From Candidatus Eiseniibacteriota bacterium (GTDB lineage Bacteria > Eisenbacteria > RBG-16-71-46), in contig JBGPFC010000006.1 of NCBI GenBank assembly GCA_041483195.1, forward strand, positions 75,880 to 139,879: DNA of 64,000 nt, written 5' to 3'. The position numbers and the translations under genes were made by a program. This document shows positions 28,595 through 37,912 of this stretch, piece after piece. The notes beneath the pieces are model-generated. The model had not been told where the DNA came from, searched no databases, and was given only the letters and a program-made list of their open reading frames with translations. How positions within the stretch are numbered: position 1 is the first letter of the stretch; each line of letters begins with the position of its first letter.

Positions 28595-29373
28595 GGCGTG
28601 TCCTCCTTCGCCTTCTCCTCGGGCAGCGAGCGCAGCATCTCGAGCGAGCGCAGTCCCTGGAATCGGGTGAAGTGGTAGCGCAGGAACGTCTCGACCACGC
28701 GCAGGATCTCGCTCGCGCGCTTCACCTCGAGATACTGGCCCGCCTCGCCCACCGGCCGCGACAGCATCAGCGAGAGCCCGGCCAGCGCGTCGGCCGAGAG
28801 CGCGACCGCGCCCGATTCGCCCGGCGCGCAACGATCGCACAGCATGCCGCCGCGCGCCGGCGAGAACAACCGCCGTTGCGAGAGCGCGCCGCCGCAGTTC
28901 GCGCACGCGTCGAAGCGCGGGCGGTAGCCGAGCAGGCTCGCGACCTGCAGCTCGAACGCGATGGTGAGCGCGGGCAGCGTGGCCTCCGGCGCGCGGGTCA
29001 CCGCCTCGAGCATCGCGCGCAGCAGGTCGAACAGCTCGGCGTGCGGCTCCTCGCCCCACACCAGGCGGTCGATCAGCTCGAGCGCTGCCTCGGCGTGCGC
29101 GAGCCGCGGGAGGTCGGCGAGCCGGCTGCCGGTGGGATCCAGGGTGTCGGCCTGCGAGAGCAGGTGCAGGTCGCGGTCCGGCTTGAAGTAGAAGTGATAG
29201 CGCGCGCGGGAGAGCGGCTCGAGCGCGTAGCCGAACCGGCTCGGCGTCTTGCGCGCGCCCTTCGCCACCAGCTTGAGGGTGCCCATGTCGCGCATGTACA
29301 CGACCGCGATGCGGCTGGTGTCGCCGAGCGCGTAGGTCTTGAGCACGATGCCTTCGCTCTGCGTCAGGCCCAT
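28582..29373 (-). CDS. recO: DNA repair protein RecO
   Basis: EGIVLK...GDTSRI...AKGARK..SRF...LEP, GYRP...CANC...FSP..GG.LCDRC. Confidence 0.93.
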   Translation of the reverse strand: MGLTQSEGIVLKTYALGDTSRIAVVYMRDMGTLKLVAKGARKTPSRFGYALEPLSRARYHFYFKPDRDLHLLSQADTLDPTGSRLADLPRLAHAEAALELIDRLVWGEEPHAELFDLLRAMLEAVTRAPEATLPALTIAFELQVASLLGYRPRFDACANCGGALSQRRLFSPARGGMLCDRCAPGESGAVALSADALAGLSLMLSRPVGEAGQYLEVKRASEILRVVETFLRYHFTRFQGLRSLEMLRSLPEEKAKEDTPCPN

Positions 29374-29377
29374 GCGC

Positions 29378-30025
29378 TCATTCCCTGGGCTGCGGGGCGC
29401 CGGGCTGCACGACCCCTCCCGAGACGATCAGCTTGAGCCCGTCCTCGATCGGCCAGTCGAGGTAGATGATCGAGGCGCGCGGCACGTAGTGGACGAACCC
29501 CGATGCGGGATTCGGCGTGTGCGGAACGAACACCACCTCGATGTCCTGCGCGAGGGCCTTGCGCACGTCGGCGCCCGGCCGTCCGGTGATGAACCCCACG
29601 CGCCACATCCCGGGGTGCGGCCACGGCACCAGCACCACCTGCCGGAACGCCTGCTCCTTCTGGCTGATCAGCGCCTCGCCGAGCGACTTGGTCGAGCCGT
29701 AGAGAATGCCGACGCCCGGGATCCGCATCAGCAGCTTGTCCCAGATCCGCGTGAGCGGGCCCGATCCGATCCACGAAGCGATCAACCCCACGATCACGAG
29801 CAGCAGCAGGGTCGCGACCAGGCCGAGCCCTGGGATGCGGTGGTACTCGAACGCCGGGAAACGCAGGTAGCGGCCCAGGATGTTGTCCACCCAGTTGAGC
29901 AGACGGTAGAACACCCAGAGCGTCACAGCTGAGGGCGCGAGCACCAGCAACCCGGTGAGGAGATAGTTGCGCAGCCGGCCGATCAGGCCGGGGCCGCGAA
30001 CCTTGGGAACGTCGAGGGGCGCCAT
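29378..30025 (-). CDS. DUF502 family membrane protein
   Basis: RNYLLTGLLVLAP, RIPGV..LY.S.K, VFVPHTPNPASG, LKLIVSGG. Confidence 0.9.
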   Translation of the reverse strand: MAPLDVPKVRGPGLIGRLRNYLLTGLLVLAPSAVTLWVFYRLLNWVDNILGRYLRFPAFEYHRIPGLGLVATLLLLVIVGLIASWIGSGPLTRIWDKLLMRIPGVGILYGSTKSLGEALISQKEQAFRQVVLVPWPHPGMWRVGFITGRPGADVRKALAQDIEVVFVPHTPNPASGFVHYVPRASIIYLDWPIEDGLKLIVSGGVVQPGAPQPRE

Positions 30026-30147
30026 GCGCGGGTGGGTCTCCGTGACGGTGAGAGGGAATCGCCGCGGAGAATGTAGCGCGGATCAGCCCCCGCGGTCACG
30101 CGGCGGCGGCCGGTTCCGCGCGGGGGTCTCGCGCCGGAGCGCGTGAT

Positions 30148-30999
30148 TCAGTGCATCGAGAATCGAATCGGGACGATGACCCAGACCGCGACCGGCTCGT
30201 TATCCGAGGTCGCCGGCTTGAACTTCCATCTGCGAACCGCGTCGGCTGCCGCATCGTCCAGGCCCGGGACGGACCACTCCACGCGTGTGGATTTCACCGA
30301 CCCATCCTTCTCCACCCGCGCGAGGATCTGGACCGTGCCCTGGATCCGGCGGCGCTGAGCGCCGGGTGGGTAGACGGGCGGCGCCTTGTAGATGGCCTCT
30401 GGGAGTTCCTCGACGGTCGCGGCCGCGCCGGGACTCGCCTTCGGAGCGTCGGGCGGGGCATCGGGCAGCCGCGCCGCACGGAGCGCGGCGTCGGCCGGGA
30501 GCGCCGCCTTCACGAGATCGAAGATCGAATCCGCGCGGCTCGCGAACCGGATGCAACCGCCGGAGCCCCGGTCGAACAGGAACTGCGCGCAGCGCTCGCG
30601 GAACAAGAGCAGGAGCTGCAGGGTGTCGTCACCGCGCGTGATCGTCACCAGCGTCGCGACCTGCGCGGTGTCCACGCAGGGCCAGCAGGCCGGGCATCCG
30701 CCATATCGGGAGTAGTTCTCCTCGATCATCAGCGCAGCGGTGAGCCGGCGGCGCCAGCCCGGGTCCGCCGCGGCGCTGCTCGCGGGTCGCGAGGAGCGAA
30801 TGACCCTGCGCTCGTCGGTCGGCTCCACGGATCCGGAACGCCGCGGGACGAGGCGGGCGACCGTTACGCGGTCCGCCCGATCCATGAACGCGCGCACCGC
30901 TTCGAAGTCCGGGGGCGCGGCCCACTGGGCGAACGCCGGCGCTGCCGTCAGCGCGAGGAAGCACAGCGCGCCCGCCGGCGTGATCGAATGACGTGGCAT
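30148..30999 (-). CDS. TonB C-terminal domain protein with uncharacterised N-terminal domain
   Basis: PVYPPGAQRRRIQGTV...VEKDGSV...LDDAAADAVRRWKFKPA...VAVWVIVPIRF; N-terminal signal peptide. Confidence 0.85.
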   Translation of the reverse strand: MPRHSITPAGALCFLALTAAPAFAQWAAPPDFEAVRAFMDRADRVTVARLVPRRSGSVEPTDERRVIRSSRPASSAAADPGWRRRLTAALMIEENYSRYGGCPACWPCVDTAQVATLVTITRGDDTLQLLLLFRERCAQFLFDRGSGGCIRFASRADSIFDLVKAALPADAALRAARLPDAPPDAPKASPGAAATVEELPEAIYKAPPVYPPGAQRRRIQGTVQILARVEKDGSVKSTRVEWSVPGLDDAAADAVRRWKFKPATSDNEPVAVWVIVPIRFSMH

Positions 31000-31047
31000 C
31001 GATCGTTCCCCCCTTCGCGCGACGATCGTGACCGGCGCGGGGCGCCC

Positions 31048-31512
31048 TCAGACGCGGACGCCGCGGGCCAGGAGCCGCTCCATCACGCGGACATTCCCGC
31101 GTCCCGCGCGCATCGCGCGCTCCTCGCGCGCGCGCATCCGCCTCCGGTCGAGCGCCCGATGATGATCGAGCCCGGCCAGGTGGAGCGCGCCGTGAACGGC
31201 GAGTCGCGCCAGCTCGGAGCCGCGCGTCACGCGGAAACGCTTCGCCTGCTGCTCGACCCGCTCGAGCGAGATCACGATGTCGCCGTCGATCGCGTCGCCG
31301 GCCCGCTCGTGGTAGGCGAACGACAGCACGTCGGTCGCGCGGTCGATGCCGCGCCAGGTGCGGTTCAGCTCGCGCAGCAGCGCGTCGTCGGCGAGCGAGA
31401 CCGCGATCTCTCCCGCGCGCCCGCCCTCCTGCTCGATGGTCCCGCGCACCAGCGCCTTGAGGGGCGCGGCCAGCCGCGCGAGGCTACCGGGCGTCTTTAC
31501 CGAGATCGGCAT
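31048..31512 (-). CDS. ybeY: rRNA maturation endoribonuclease YbeY
   Basis: LNRTWRGIDRATDVLSF, GDIVIS, HGALHLAGLDH. Confidence 0.95.
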   Translation of the reverse strand: MPISVKTPGSLARLAAPLKALVRGTIEQEGGRAGEIAVSLADDALLRELNRTWRGIDRATDVLSFAYHERAGDAIDGDIVISLERVEQQAKRFRVTRGSELARLAVHGALHLAGLDHHRALDRRRMRAREERAMRAGRGNVRVMERLLARGVRV

Positions 31513-33709
31513 CGGCCCGCGGGCGCTTGGTGGGATCCACGGGATACGGCGCGCGCACGTGGAAGATCGCGGTGAGCACCGGGATGAACGCTTCGCGGAT
31601 GCGCGCGAGGTCCTGCATGGTGAGCCCGCAATCGTCGAGCTGCCCCTGCTGCACGCGCTCCTCGATGATGCGCGTCACGAGGCCGCGAATACGGCTGGGC
31701 GTGGGCTCGGCCAGCGCGCGCGAGGCGCCCTCGACGCCGTCGGCGAGCATGAGGATCGCGGTCTCGCGCGAACGCGGCCGCGGTCCCGGGTAGCAGAACT
31801 CTTCGCGGCGCGCGCTGGGATCGGACTCCAGCGCCTTGTGGTAGAAGAACGCCATCACCATGGTGCCGTGGTGCTCGGGGATCGCGGCCTGCACCGCGCG
31901 CGGCAGGCGCTGGCGTCGCGCCATCTCGAGGCCCTCGCTGATGTGCGACTTCACCACCAGCGTGCTCATGCTGGGGGCGAGCTTCTCGTGACGGCTGCGC
32001 GAGGCGGCGGGCTCGTTCTCTGCGTAATATTCGGGCTTCGAGAGCTTGCCGATGTCGTGGTAGTAGGCCGAGACCCGCGCGAGCAGCGAATTGGCGCCGA
32101 TCGCCTCGGTCGCGGCCTCTGCGAGGCTGCCCACCACCATGCTGTGGTGGTAGGTGCCGGGCGCCTCGAGCTGGAGGCGCTTGAGCAGCGGGCGGTTGAG
32201 GTCGGAGAGCTCGAGCAGCGTGATGTCGGACGTCAGTCCGAACAGGTGCTCGACCGGAGGCAGCAGCAGGAACGCGACCGAGACCGCGATGAAGCTGTTG
32301 AGCCCGCCCCACATCGCGTCCTGCAGCAGGGCGGTGGGCGCCGTCGCGCGCGCGAGATCCCACGCGAGGATCGCGGCCAGGTTCGCCATCGCGATGGTGA
32401 GCGAGGCGCGCGCGAAGTGCCAGCGATGGCGCAGGCGCGACACCGAGTACACGGCGGTGACGCCGCCCATCGCGGCCACCGCGACGAACGGCGCGCGCAG
32501 CTCGCCCACCACGGTCACCGCCACCGCGAGCGTGAGCGTGAACACCAGCGCCGGGCGCTTCTCGAGCAGCGAGGCCACCACCAGCGGCGCGAGCGCGAGC
32601 GGGACCGTGAACTCGGAGAGCCCGAACACGCCGACCATCAGCTCGGTGAGCCCCATGACGATCGCGGTGAGGAGCGTGAACATCGCGAGCATGGCGTTGT
32701 CGCGGAACACGCCGGGCAGCTCCATGCGCAGGTAGGTCGCGAACACCGCGATGAAGAGCAGCATGAGCAGCATGCGTGCGACCGGCGGGTAGAGGAACTC
32801 GGTGCGGCCGCGGCGCGCCTCCTCGAGGTTGCGCAGCGAGCGCAGCTTGAGCAGCACCTCGCTCGTGACCCGCTGGTTCGCGTCCATCAGCAGCTCGTCC
32901 TTCTGCACCATGCCGAGCGTCGCGGGCACCGCGCCCTGCGCCTGCACGCGCCGCCACTCGGTCTCGGCGCGGTCGTAGAGCACGTTGGGCTGGACGAACG
33001 GGTCCGCCAGCTCCTGCACCAGCTTCACCCCCGCGGGGTCCCCGGGGAACGCCGCGCGCGCGCGGCGCTCGACGACCAGCAGCGCCTCGCGGCGGTCGTA
33101 GAACAGGCTCACCGCACGCGATGATTCGCCCTCGCCCTCCCGCAGGTTAACGCTCGAGTAGCCGAGCAGCAGGTCGTTGCGCTTCTCGGGCACGACCCCC
33201 GCGTCGTACAGCTCGTGCAACCAGCCCCCGAGCGATTCGAGCGCGCGCCTCGCGCGGCCCGGGGCCGCGAGCGCGGCAGCGCCTTCGTCGGAGAGCGGAA
33301 CCCCCAGCGCGCGCAGGCGCGTCACCCGATCGGCGGGGCGCAGCGAGGGATCGAGCACGGCGACCAGCGCCTTCTCCTGGAACGCCGCGAAGCGATTCAG
33401 CATGTCGCCTGAGGCGCGCGCGTCCACCATGAACACCGGCGGCACGGCCCCCGCGACCTGCTGTTGCTCCCGCCGCAGCGTCGCCTCGTCCTTCTCGACG
33501 CGGAAGTCGTAGGGCGCGACCAGCCGCTCGCGTGCGATGTCGCCCTCGCGATAGCGGTACTTGTCGGGCGCGGCGTGGCGCCTCGGAAGCACAGCAGCGA
33601 GCGCGAGCAGGGCCGCGACCATCAGCACCCGCAGCGCGTAGTAGCCCCACCGCACCGACCGCGCGCGGTCGGGCAGCGCGGGGTGCTGGGCGACGTCCTG
33701 TACGCTCAT
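31484..33709 (-). CDS. pgpH: 7TM-HD family phosphohydrolase (PgpH-like c-di-AMP phosphodiesterase)
   Basis: Extracellular region plus 7TM, LLELSDLNRPLL, APGTYHHS, YYHDIGK, EHHGT, YPGPRP, MLADGVE; position between phoH and ybeY. Confidence 0.88.
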   Translation of the reverse strand: MSVQDVAQHPALPDRARSVRWGYYALRVLMVAALLALAAVLPRRHAAPDKYRYREGDIARERLVAPYDFRVEKDEATLRREQQQVAGAVPPVFMVDARASGDMLNRFAAFQEKALVAVLDPSLRPADRVTRLRALGVPLSDEGAAALAAPGRARRALESLGGWLHELYDAGVVPEKRNDLLLGYSSVNLREGEGESSRAVSLFYDRREALLVVERRARAAFPGDPAGVKLVQELADPFVQPNVLYDRAETEWRRVQAQGAVPATLGMVQKDELLMDANQRVTSEVLLKLRSLRNLEEARRGRTEFLYPPVARMLLMLLFIAVFATYLRMELPGVFRDNAMLAMFTLLTAIVMGLTELMVGVFGLSEFTVPLALAPLVVASLLEKRPALVFTLTLAVAVTVVGELRAPFVAVAAMGGVTAVYSVSRLRHRWHFARASLTIAMANLAAILAWDLARATAPTALLQDAMWGGLNSFIAVSVAFLLLPPVEHLFGLTSDITLLELSDLNRPLLKRLQLEAPGTYHHSMVVGSLAEAATEAIGANSLLARVSAYYHDIGKLSKPEYYAENEPAASRSRHEKLAPSMSTLVVKSHISEGLEMARRQRLPRAVQAAIPEHHGTMVMAFFYHKALESDPSARREEFCYPGPRPRSRETAILMLADGVEGASRALAEPTPSRIRGLVTRIIEERVQQGQLDDCGLTMQDLARIREAFIPVLTAIFHVRAPYPVDPTKRPRADADLGKDAR

Positions 33710-33752
33710 GGAGGTGGGCCCCGATGCCGGAACACGAAGGCGGCGCGCGCCG

Positions 33753-34865
33753 CTAGATCGATGGACCGCGGTCTACAGGATCGGGTGGAAGCTCTGACGC
33801 GTGGCCGTTCTGAGCGTCCGCCGCCGTGGATGGCGCGGCCGAAGGCTGCTGAGCCTCGGGATCGAGCGCGGTGCCAACGCCGTCTTCGACGCCGCCGTTC
33901 TGGCGCGCGTGGTAGTCGTCGAACGCGCGAATGATGTCGCGCACCAGGCGATGGCGCACCACGTCCTCGGGATGGAAGTAGATGAACTTGATGTCGGCGA
34001 CCCCGCCGAGGATGGTCTGGATCCGGACCAGACCCGAGCTCTCCGGCTCCTTGAGGTCGATCTGGGTGACGTCCCCGGTGATCACCGCCCGCGAGTTCAC
34101 GCCCATGCGCGTCAGGAACATCTTCATCTGCCGCACCGTCGTGTTCTGCGCCTCGTCGAGGATCACGAACGAGCTGTGTAGCGTGCGCCCGCGCATGAAG
34201 GCGAGCGGAGCGATCTCGATCACCCCGAGCTCGATGTAGCGGCGCATCTTGTCGTACGACATGAGATCGGCGAGCGCGTCGTACATGGGCCGCAGGTAGG
34301 GGTCGACCTTCTCCTGCATGTCGCCCGGCAGGAACCCCAGGCTCTCGCCCGCTTCCACCGCCGGACGCACCAGGATGATGCGGTCCACCTTCTTCGCGCG
34401 CAGCGCATGCACCGCCGCCGCGACCGCGAGGTAGGTCTTGCCGGTGCCGGCGGGCCCGATCGCGAACACGACGTCGTGCTCCTCGAGCGCCTTGAGGTAA
34501 TGCGCCTGGGTCGGCGTGCGCGCGCGCACGCCCTTGCGGTCGAAGTTGTAGCCGGGGGCGCCTTCATACGCTTCCACGAGCCGCGCGCCGTTGTCGCCGT
34601 TGCGGCGCGTGAGGCCGAGCGCGGTCGCGACGTCGGCCTCCTCCACCACCTTGCCGCGCTCCGCGAGATCCACCAGATCCTTGAGCGCGCGCGAGGCGGA
34701 GGTCACGGCTTCGTCTTCGCCGGAGACCGTGATGGTGCCGTCGCGCAGCGTGAGGCGCACCGGCAGCGTGCGCTCGATCTGACGCAGGTTGGCGTCGTTC
34801 TGACCCAGCAGTCCGACCGGCTCGAGATGCTCGATGGGAAACTTGCGAACGATCACGTCATCCAC
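33753..34865 (-). CDS. phoH: PhoH family ATPase
   Basis: GPAGTGKTYLA, RPAVEAGE.LGFLPGD, APLAFMRGRT, ILDEAQN, TGDVTQIDL, DVVRH.LV. Confidence 0.96.
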   Translation of the reverse strand: MDDVIVRKFPIEHLEPVGLLGQNDANLRQIERTLPVRLTLRDGTITVSGEDEAVTSASRALKDLVDLAERGKVVEEADVATALGLTRRNGDNGARLVEAYEGAPGYNFDRKGVRARTPTQAHYLKALEEHDVVFAIGPAGTGKTYLAVAAAVHALRAKKVDRIILVRPAVEAGESLGFLPGDMQEKVDPYLRPMYDALADLMSYDKMRRYIELGVIEIAPLAFMRGRTLHSSFVILDEAQNTTVRQMKMFLTRMGVNSRAVITGDVTQIDLKEPESSGLVRIQTILGGVADIKFIYFHPEDVVRHRLVRDIIRAFDDYHARQNGGVEDGVGTALDPEAQQPSAAPSTAADAQNGHASELPPDPVDRGPSI

Positions 34866-34879
34866 CTCGCGGCCCCGAG

Positions 34880-34930
34880 AAACACAAAACTCTTGACCGT
34901 ATTGGCCCCGGGGAGAGCCAGGTCAAGAGT
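34880..34930 (-). terminator. Intrinsic terminator/attenuator immediately upstream of phoH
   Basis: ACUCUUGACC...GGUCAAGAGU perfect 10-bp stem with an inner UGGC/GCCA stem, followed by UUUGUGUUU. Confidence 0.75.
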
Positions 34931-35043
34931 GCCCACTACCGATTCGACGTCGTGCGTTGTGTCCAACCCGATAAGGTCCAGAGGCCTTCTCCCGTTTCGT
35001 GACGTCGGTTGCGGGCATCGCGCCCTCGCCAGTCCCAAACGGT
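34880..35043 (-). ncRNA. Candidate structured leader RNA or sRNA, family not recognised
   Basis: Bounded by a good promoter and a terminator; long-range pairings GCCCGC/GUGGGC, ACCGA/UCGGU, CGACGUC/GACGUCG. Confidence 0.45.
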
Positions 35044-35049
35044 GGCGGG

Positions 35050-35078
35050 ACGCTAGCACAGCCGCTCCGCGTGCGCAA
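35050..35078 (-). promoter_or_regulatory. Sigma70-type promoter of the phoH operon leader
   Basis: TTGCGC-N17-TAGCGT with extended -10 TG. Confidence 0.6.
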
Positions 35079-35114
35079 TCGATCGATGCCTGCCGAACGA
35101 GCGCCGTGGCGACG

Positions 35115-37415
35115 TTATCGGCCGGGTCGGAGCGGCGGTTGAGGGTGGGATGGCGCCGGCGATTCGAGCCTCGCGAGGCGCCGCCGCGCTTCGGCCGCGA
35201 GCTCGCCCCCGCCCGCCGCGACCCGCTCCAGCTCCGCGCGCGCGCCGCCCGGCTCGCCGAGCGCTTCGAGAATTCCCGCGCGCTCGAGGCGCAGGATCGC
35301 GGGCGGCTCGCCATCTCCCGCCAGCGCGGCCAGCGTGCGGTCAATCGCGGCACGCGCGTCGCCCCACGCGCCGAGCCGGCCCGACGCCGATGTGAACACC
35401 AGGCACGCCTCGATGTCGGAGGGAATCACGGCGAGCGCCGCCGCCGCGAGCGAGCGCGCGGCGGGCCAGCGTCCGACCTCCGCAAGATTGACGGCCAGCG
35501 GGTCCAGCAGCGTCGCGATCCGGTCCGCGACCATCGGCGCGAGGCTCTTCACCCACGCCGATGGCTCGCCCGACGCGTCGCGCACCGCGCCGCCGCCGCG
35601 GCGCTCGCGCGGCAGCAGCAGCGAGTCGGCCTGCGCGCGATAAGAGGGCGGGATGCGCTCCGCCCACCACAGCGGGTCGAGCGCGCCGCGGGCGTCGATC
35701 GCCGCGCGCGCTCGGTCGCCGAGATGGTAGATCACGATCTCCGGGCCTTCGACGCCGCGCCCGGGAACGAAGCTCACGGTCCGCTCGGCGGTCGAGTCGA
35801 GGAGCGCGTAGAGACGATGCTCGACCTCGAACCGCGCGGGATCGGCCTCGAACCGTCCGCGCACCGCGCCGGTCGTGAGCACGTAGTCGACCCCCGCGAG
35901 CAGCCGCGGGTCGTAGAGCATCTGGTTGAGGTCGACGACGTGCGGGAAGATCTCGAGCGTGACAGGCGCGCCGCCCGGAGGCGTCACGGTCGCGACGCAG
36001 CGGCCCACCACGGTGAGCGGCCAGTGGACGATGCGATACCAGGGCCGCGCGCGATAACGGCGCTGCGCATCGGGCCCGGCGGCCGCGTAGAGCGCGCCCG
36101 CCTCGGTCTCGATCCGCTCCTGCCGCGTGAGGAGCGCCGTGCCGTACGCCTCCTGCAGCATGACCTGATCGTGCGAAAGATGCGCAGCGCACCAGCGTCC
36201 CGCCTCGATCTGCGTCGACCGTGCGCCCCCCGCGCCCGCGACGACGCCGCGCGTCAGGGCGAAGATCGCGAGCGCGCCCGCCACGATCGCGAGCGCCGCG
36301 GGCCGCAGCGCGGGCGGGGCGCGGCGCGTGAGATCGAGTGCGGCCCACGCCCCGAGCAGCGCCGCGATCGGCACCACCGGGATCAGGTAGCGCTCGACCT
36401 CGATGTGCGCGGTCGCGATCGGCACGCCGAATACCAGCAGCGCGAGCCACAGGACCAGCGGCGCGATTCGCTCCGGCCCCCCGCGCCGCACGCGATCGAC
36501 GACCAGCCCCAGTGAGGCGAGCGCGAGCGCGACGCAGGACCAGCCCAGATCGCGCCCGAGATTGCGCAGATGAAAGAGGAACCCGGGACGGTCGAGATCG
36601 CCGAGCTGCCCGCGCGTGGCGAGCCCCGATACGAACGCGAAATCGCGCGCGAACGCCCCGAAGTCGAGCGCCGCGAACGGCGTGGTGATGAGGAACACCG
36701 CGAACGCCGCGAGCGCGGCGAGCGCGAGCGGGCCGGCCGCGCGCGCGCCCCGCCGCGACACCATCGCCGCGCCGAGCGGGAGGAGCAGCGCGGCCGCCGG
36801 ATACTTGGCGCCCGCGGCCAGCCCGATCAGGACGACCGCCGCGATCAGGCGTGCGCGGCCGCCGGCCTCGTGCCAGCGCAGCATCCGTTCCAGCGCCGCG
36901 AGCGCGAGCGCGGTCATCACGGTGTCCGAGAAGATCGAGCGCGCGGCGACGATCATGCCCGGCGCGCACACCACCATCAGCGCGGCGAGCAGGCCGGCGC
37001 CCCGCGTGATGCGCTCGCCGATGCGCGCGACGCTCACGACCGTCACCGCGTCCGCCGCGATCGAGACCAGCCGGCCGAGCGTCACCATCGGGGTGGGATC
37101 GGTGCGCACGGCGAGCAGGTAGTCCGCGGGCCCCGGGAACGCGCCGAGCGCGTGGCCCACGGCGTAGTGCAGCTTCTGAAGCGCGAACTGGAGGTAGAGC
37201 GTGAGCGATGGGTAATGGAAGAGGTGCGGGTTCCAGTCCGTCGGCCGGCCGCCGAAGCCCCACATCGTCAGCGCCTGCCGGAACGGGATCGCTTCCTCGA
37301 GGAACTCGGGCAGGCCGTGGCGGAGATGCCACACCCTGAGGATCACGGCGAGCGCGACGAGCGCCGTGATCCACGGGCCGTCTCCCGGCCGCGACCGGCT
37401 CCCGCGCGCCTCCAT
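35115..37415 (-). CDS. GT-C (PMT/ArnT-like) membrane glycosyltransferase with C-terminal TPR-like region
   Basis: LPEFLEE, WNPHLFHYPSL, GRLVS, GLAAGAKYP, ITTPF, ERYLIP; helical Ala-rich C-terminus. Confidence 0.78.
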   Translation of the reverse strand: MEARGSRSRPGDGPWITALVALAVILRVWHLRHGLPEFLEEAIPFRQALTMWGFGGRPTDWNPHLFHYPSLTLYLQFALQKLHYAVGHALGAFPGPADYLLAVRTDPTPMVTLGRLVSIAADAVTVVSVARIGERITRGAGLLAALMVVCAPGMIVAARSIFSDTVMTALALAALERMLRWHEAGGRARLIAAVVLIGLAAGAKYPAAALLLPLGAAMVSRRGARAAGPLALAALAAFAVFLITTPFAALDFGAFARDFAFVSGLATRGQLGDLDRPGFLFHLRNLGRDLGWSCVALALASLGLVVDRVRRGGPERIAPLVLWLALLVFGVPIATAHIEVERYLIPVVPIAALLGAWAALDLTRRAPPALRPAALAIVAGALAIFALTRGVVAGAGGARSTQIEAGRWCAAHLSHDQVMLQEAYGTALLTRQERIETEAGALYAAAGPDAQRRYRARPWYRIVHWPLTVVGRCVATVTPPGGAPVTLEIFPHVVDLNQMLYDPRLLAGVDYVLTTGAVRGRFEADPARFEVEHRLYALLDSTAERTVSFVPGRGVEGPEIVIYHLGDRARAAIDARGALDPLWWAERIPPSYRAQADSLLLPRERRGGGAVRDASGEPSAWVKSLAPMVADRIATLLDPLAVNLAEVGRWPAARSLAAAALAVIPSDIEACLVFTSASGRLGAWGDARAAIDRTLAALAGDGEPPAILRLERAGILEALGEPGGARAELERVAAGGGELAAEARRRLARLESPAPSHPQPPLRPGR

Positions 37416-37417
37416 GC

Positions 37418-37912
37418 TCAGCCGCTCTCCTCCAACTCCACCAGCGCGACGCCGCCTTCCACCATCTCGCCGGCGCGCGCCGCGACCGCCCGCACGCGGC
37501 CGTCGCGCGGCGCGCGCAGCACGTGCTCCATCTTCATCGCCTCGAGGGCGAGCAGCGGCTGGCCGCGCTTCACGGCATCGCCGGGCGCGACCATCACGCG
37601 CGTGACCACGCCCGGCATCGGCGACTCGAGCCCGCCGTGGTGCGGGCGCGCGCCGCGGCGCCCCTCGGGCTCGCGCTCGAGCACGAAGTCCATCGCGCCC
37701 AGCCGCACGAAGCGCAGCTTGCCGGCGACCGTCACCTCGGCGAGCGTGACGCCGTGCGCGCCCGTCAGCCGCAGCGTGCCGCCCTCGAGCGCCTCGACCC
37801 CGAGCTCGAGCGAAGCTTCATCGACACGCACGCGCACCCGCCCCTCGCCCTCGCGCGCGATCTCGACCACGCGCACGCGGTCGCCGTCACGGTACGCGAA
37901 GCGTGCGCTCAA
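37418..37912 (-). CDS. Biotin carboxyl carrier (BT-BCCP) subunit of methylcrotonyl-CoA carboxylase
   Basis: LESPMPGVV...V..GDAV..GQ.L..LEAMKMEH biotinylation motif; TTG start overlaps the BC stop (TTGA). Confidence 0.88.
   Translation of the reverse strand: MSARFAYRDGDRVRVVEIAREGEGRVRVRVDEASLELGVEALEGGTLRLTGAHGVTLAEVTVAGKLRFVRLGAMDFVLEREPEGRRGARPHHGGLESPMPGVVTRVMVAPGDAVKRGQPLLALEAMKMEHVLRAPRDGRVRAVAARAGEMVEGGVALVELEESG

Noticed and set aside
34973..34988. PyrR-binding-like sequence AAGGTCCAGAGGCCTT
   Set aside because: Two nucleotides short of the ARUCCNGNGAGGYU consensus, on the strand opposite to phoH, and not near pyr genes.
34990..35045. ZMP/ZTP (pfl) riboswitch, suggested by GACUGGCG and a CCGUUU/AAACGG pairing
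   Set aside because: The downstream CGCCUGGGC-type pseudoknot hairpin is not visible, and phoH is not a purine or folate gene.
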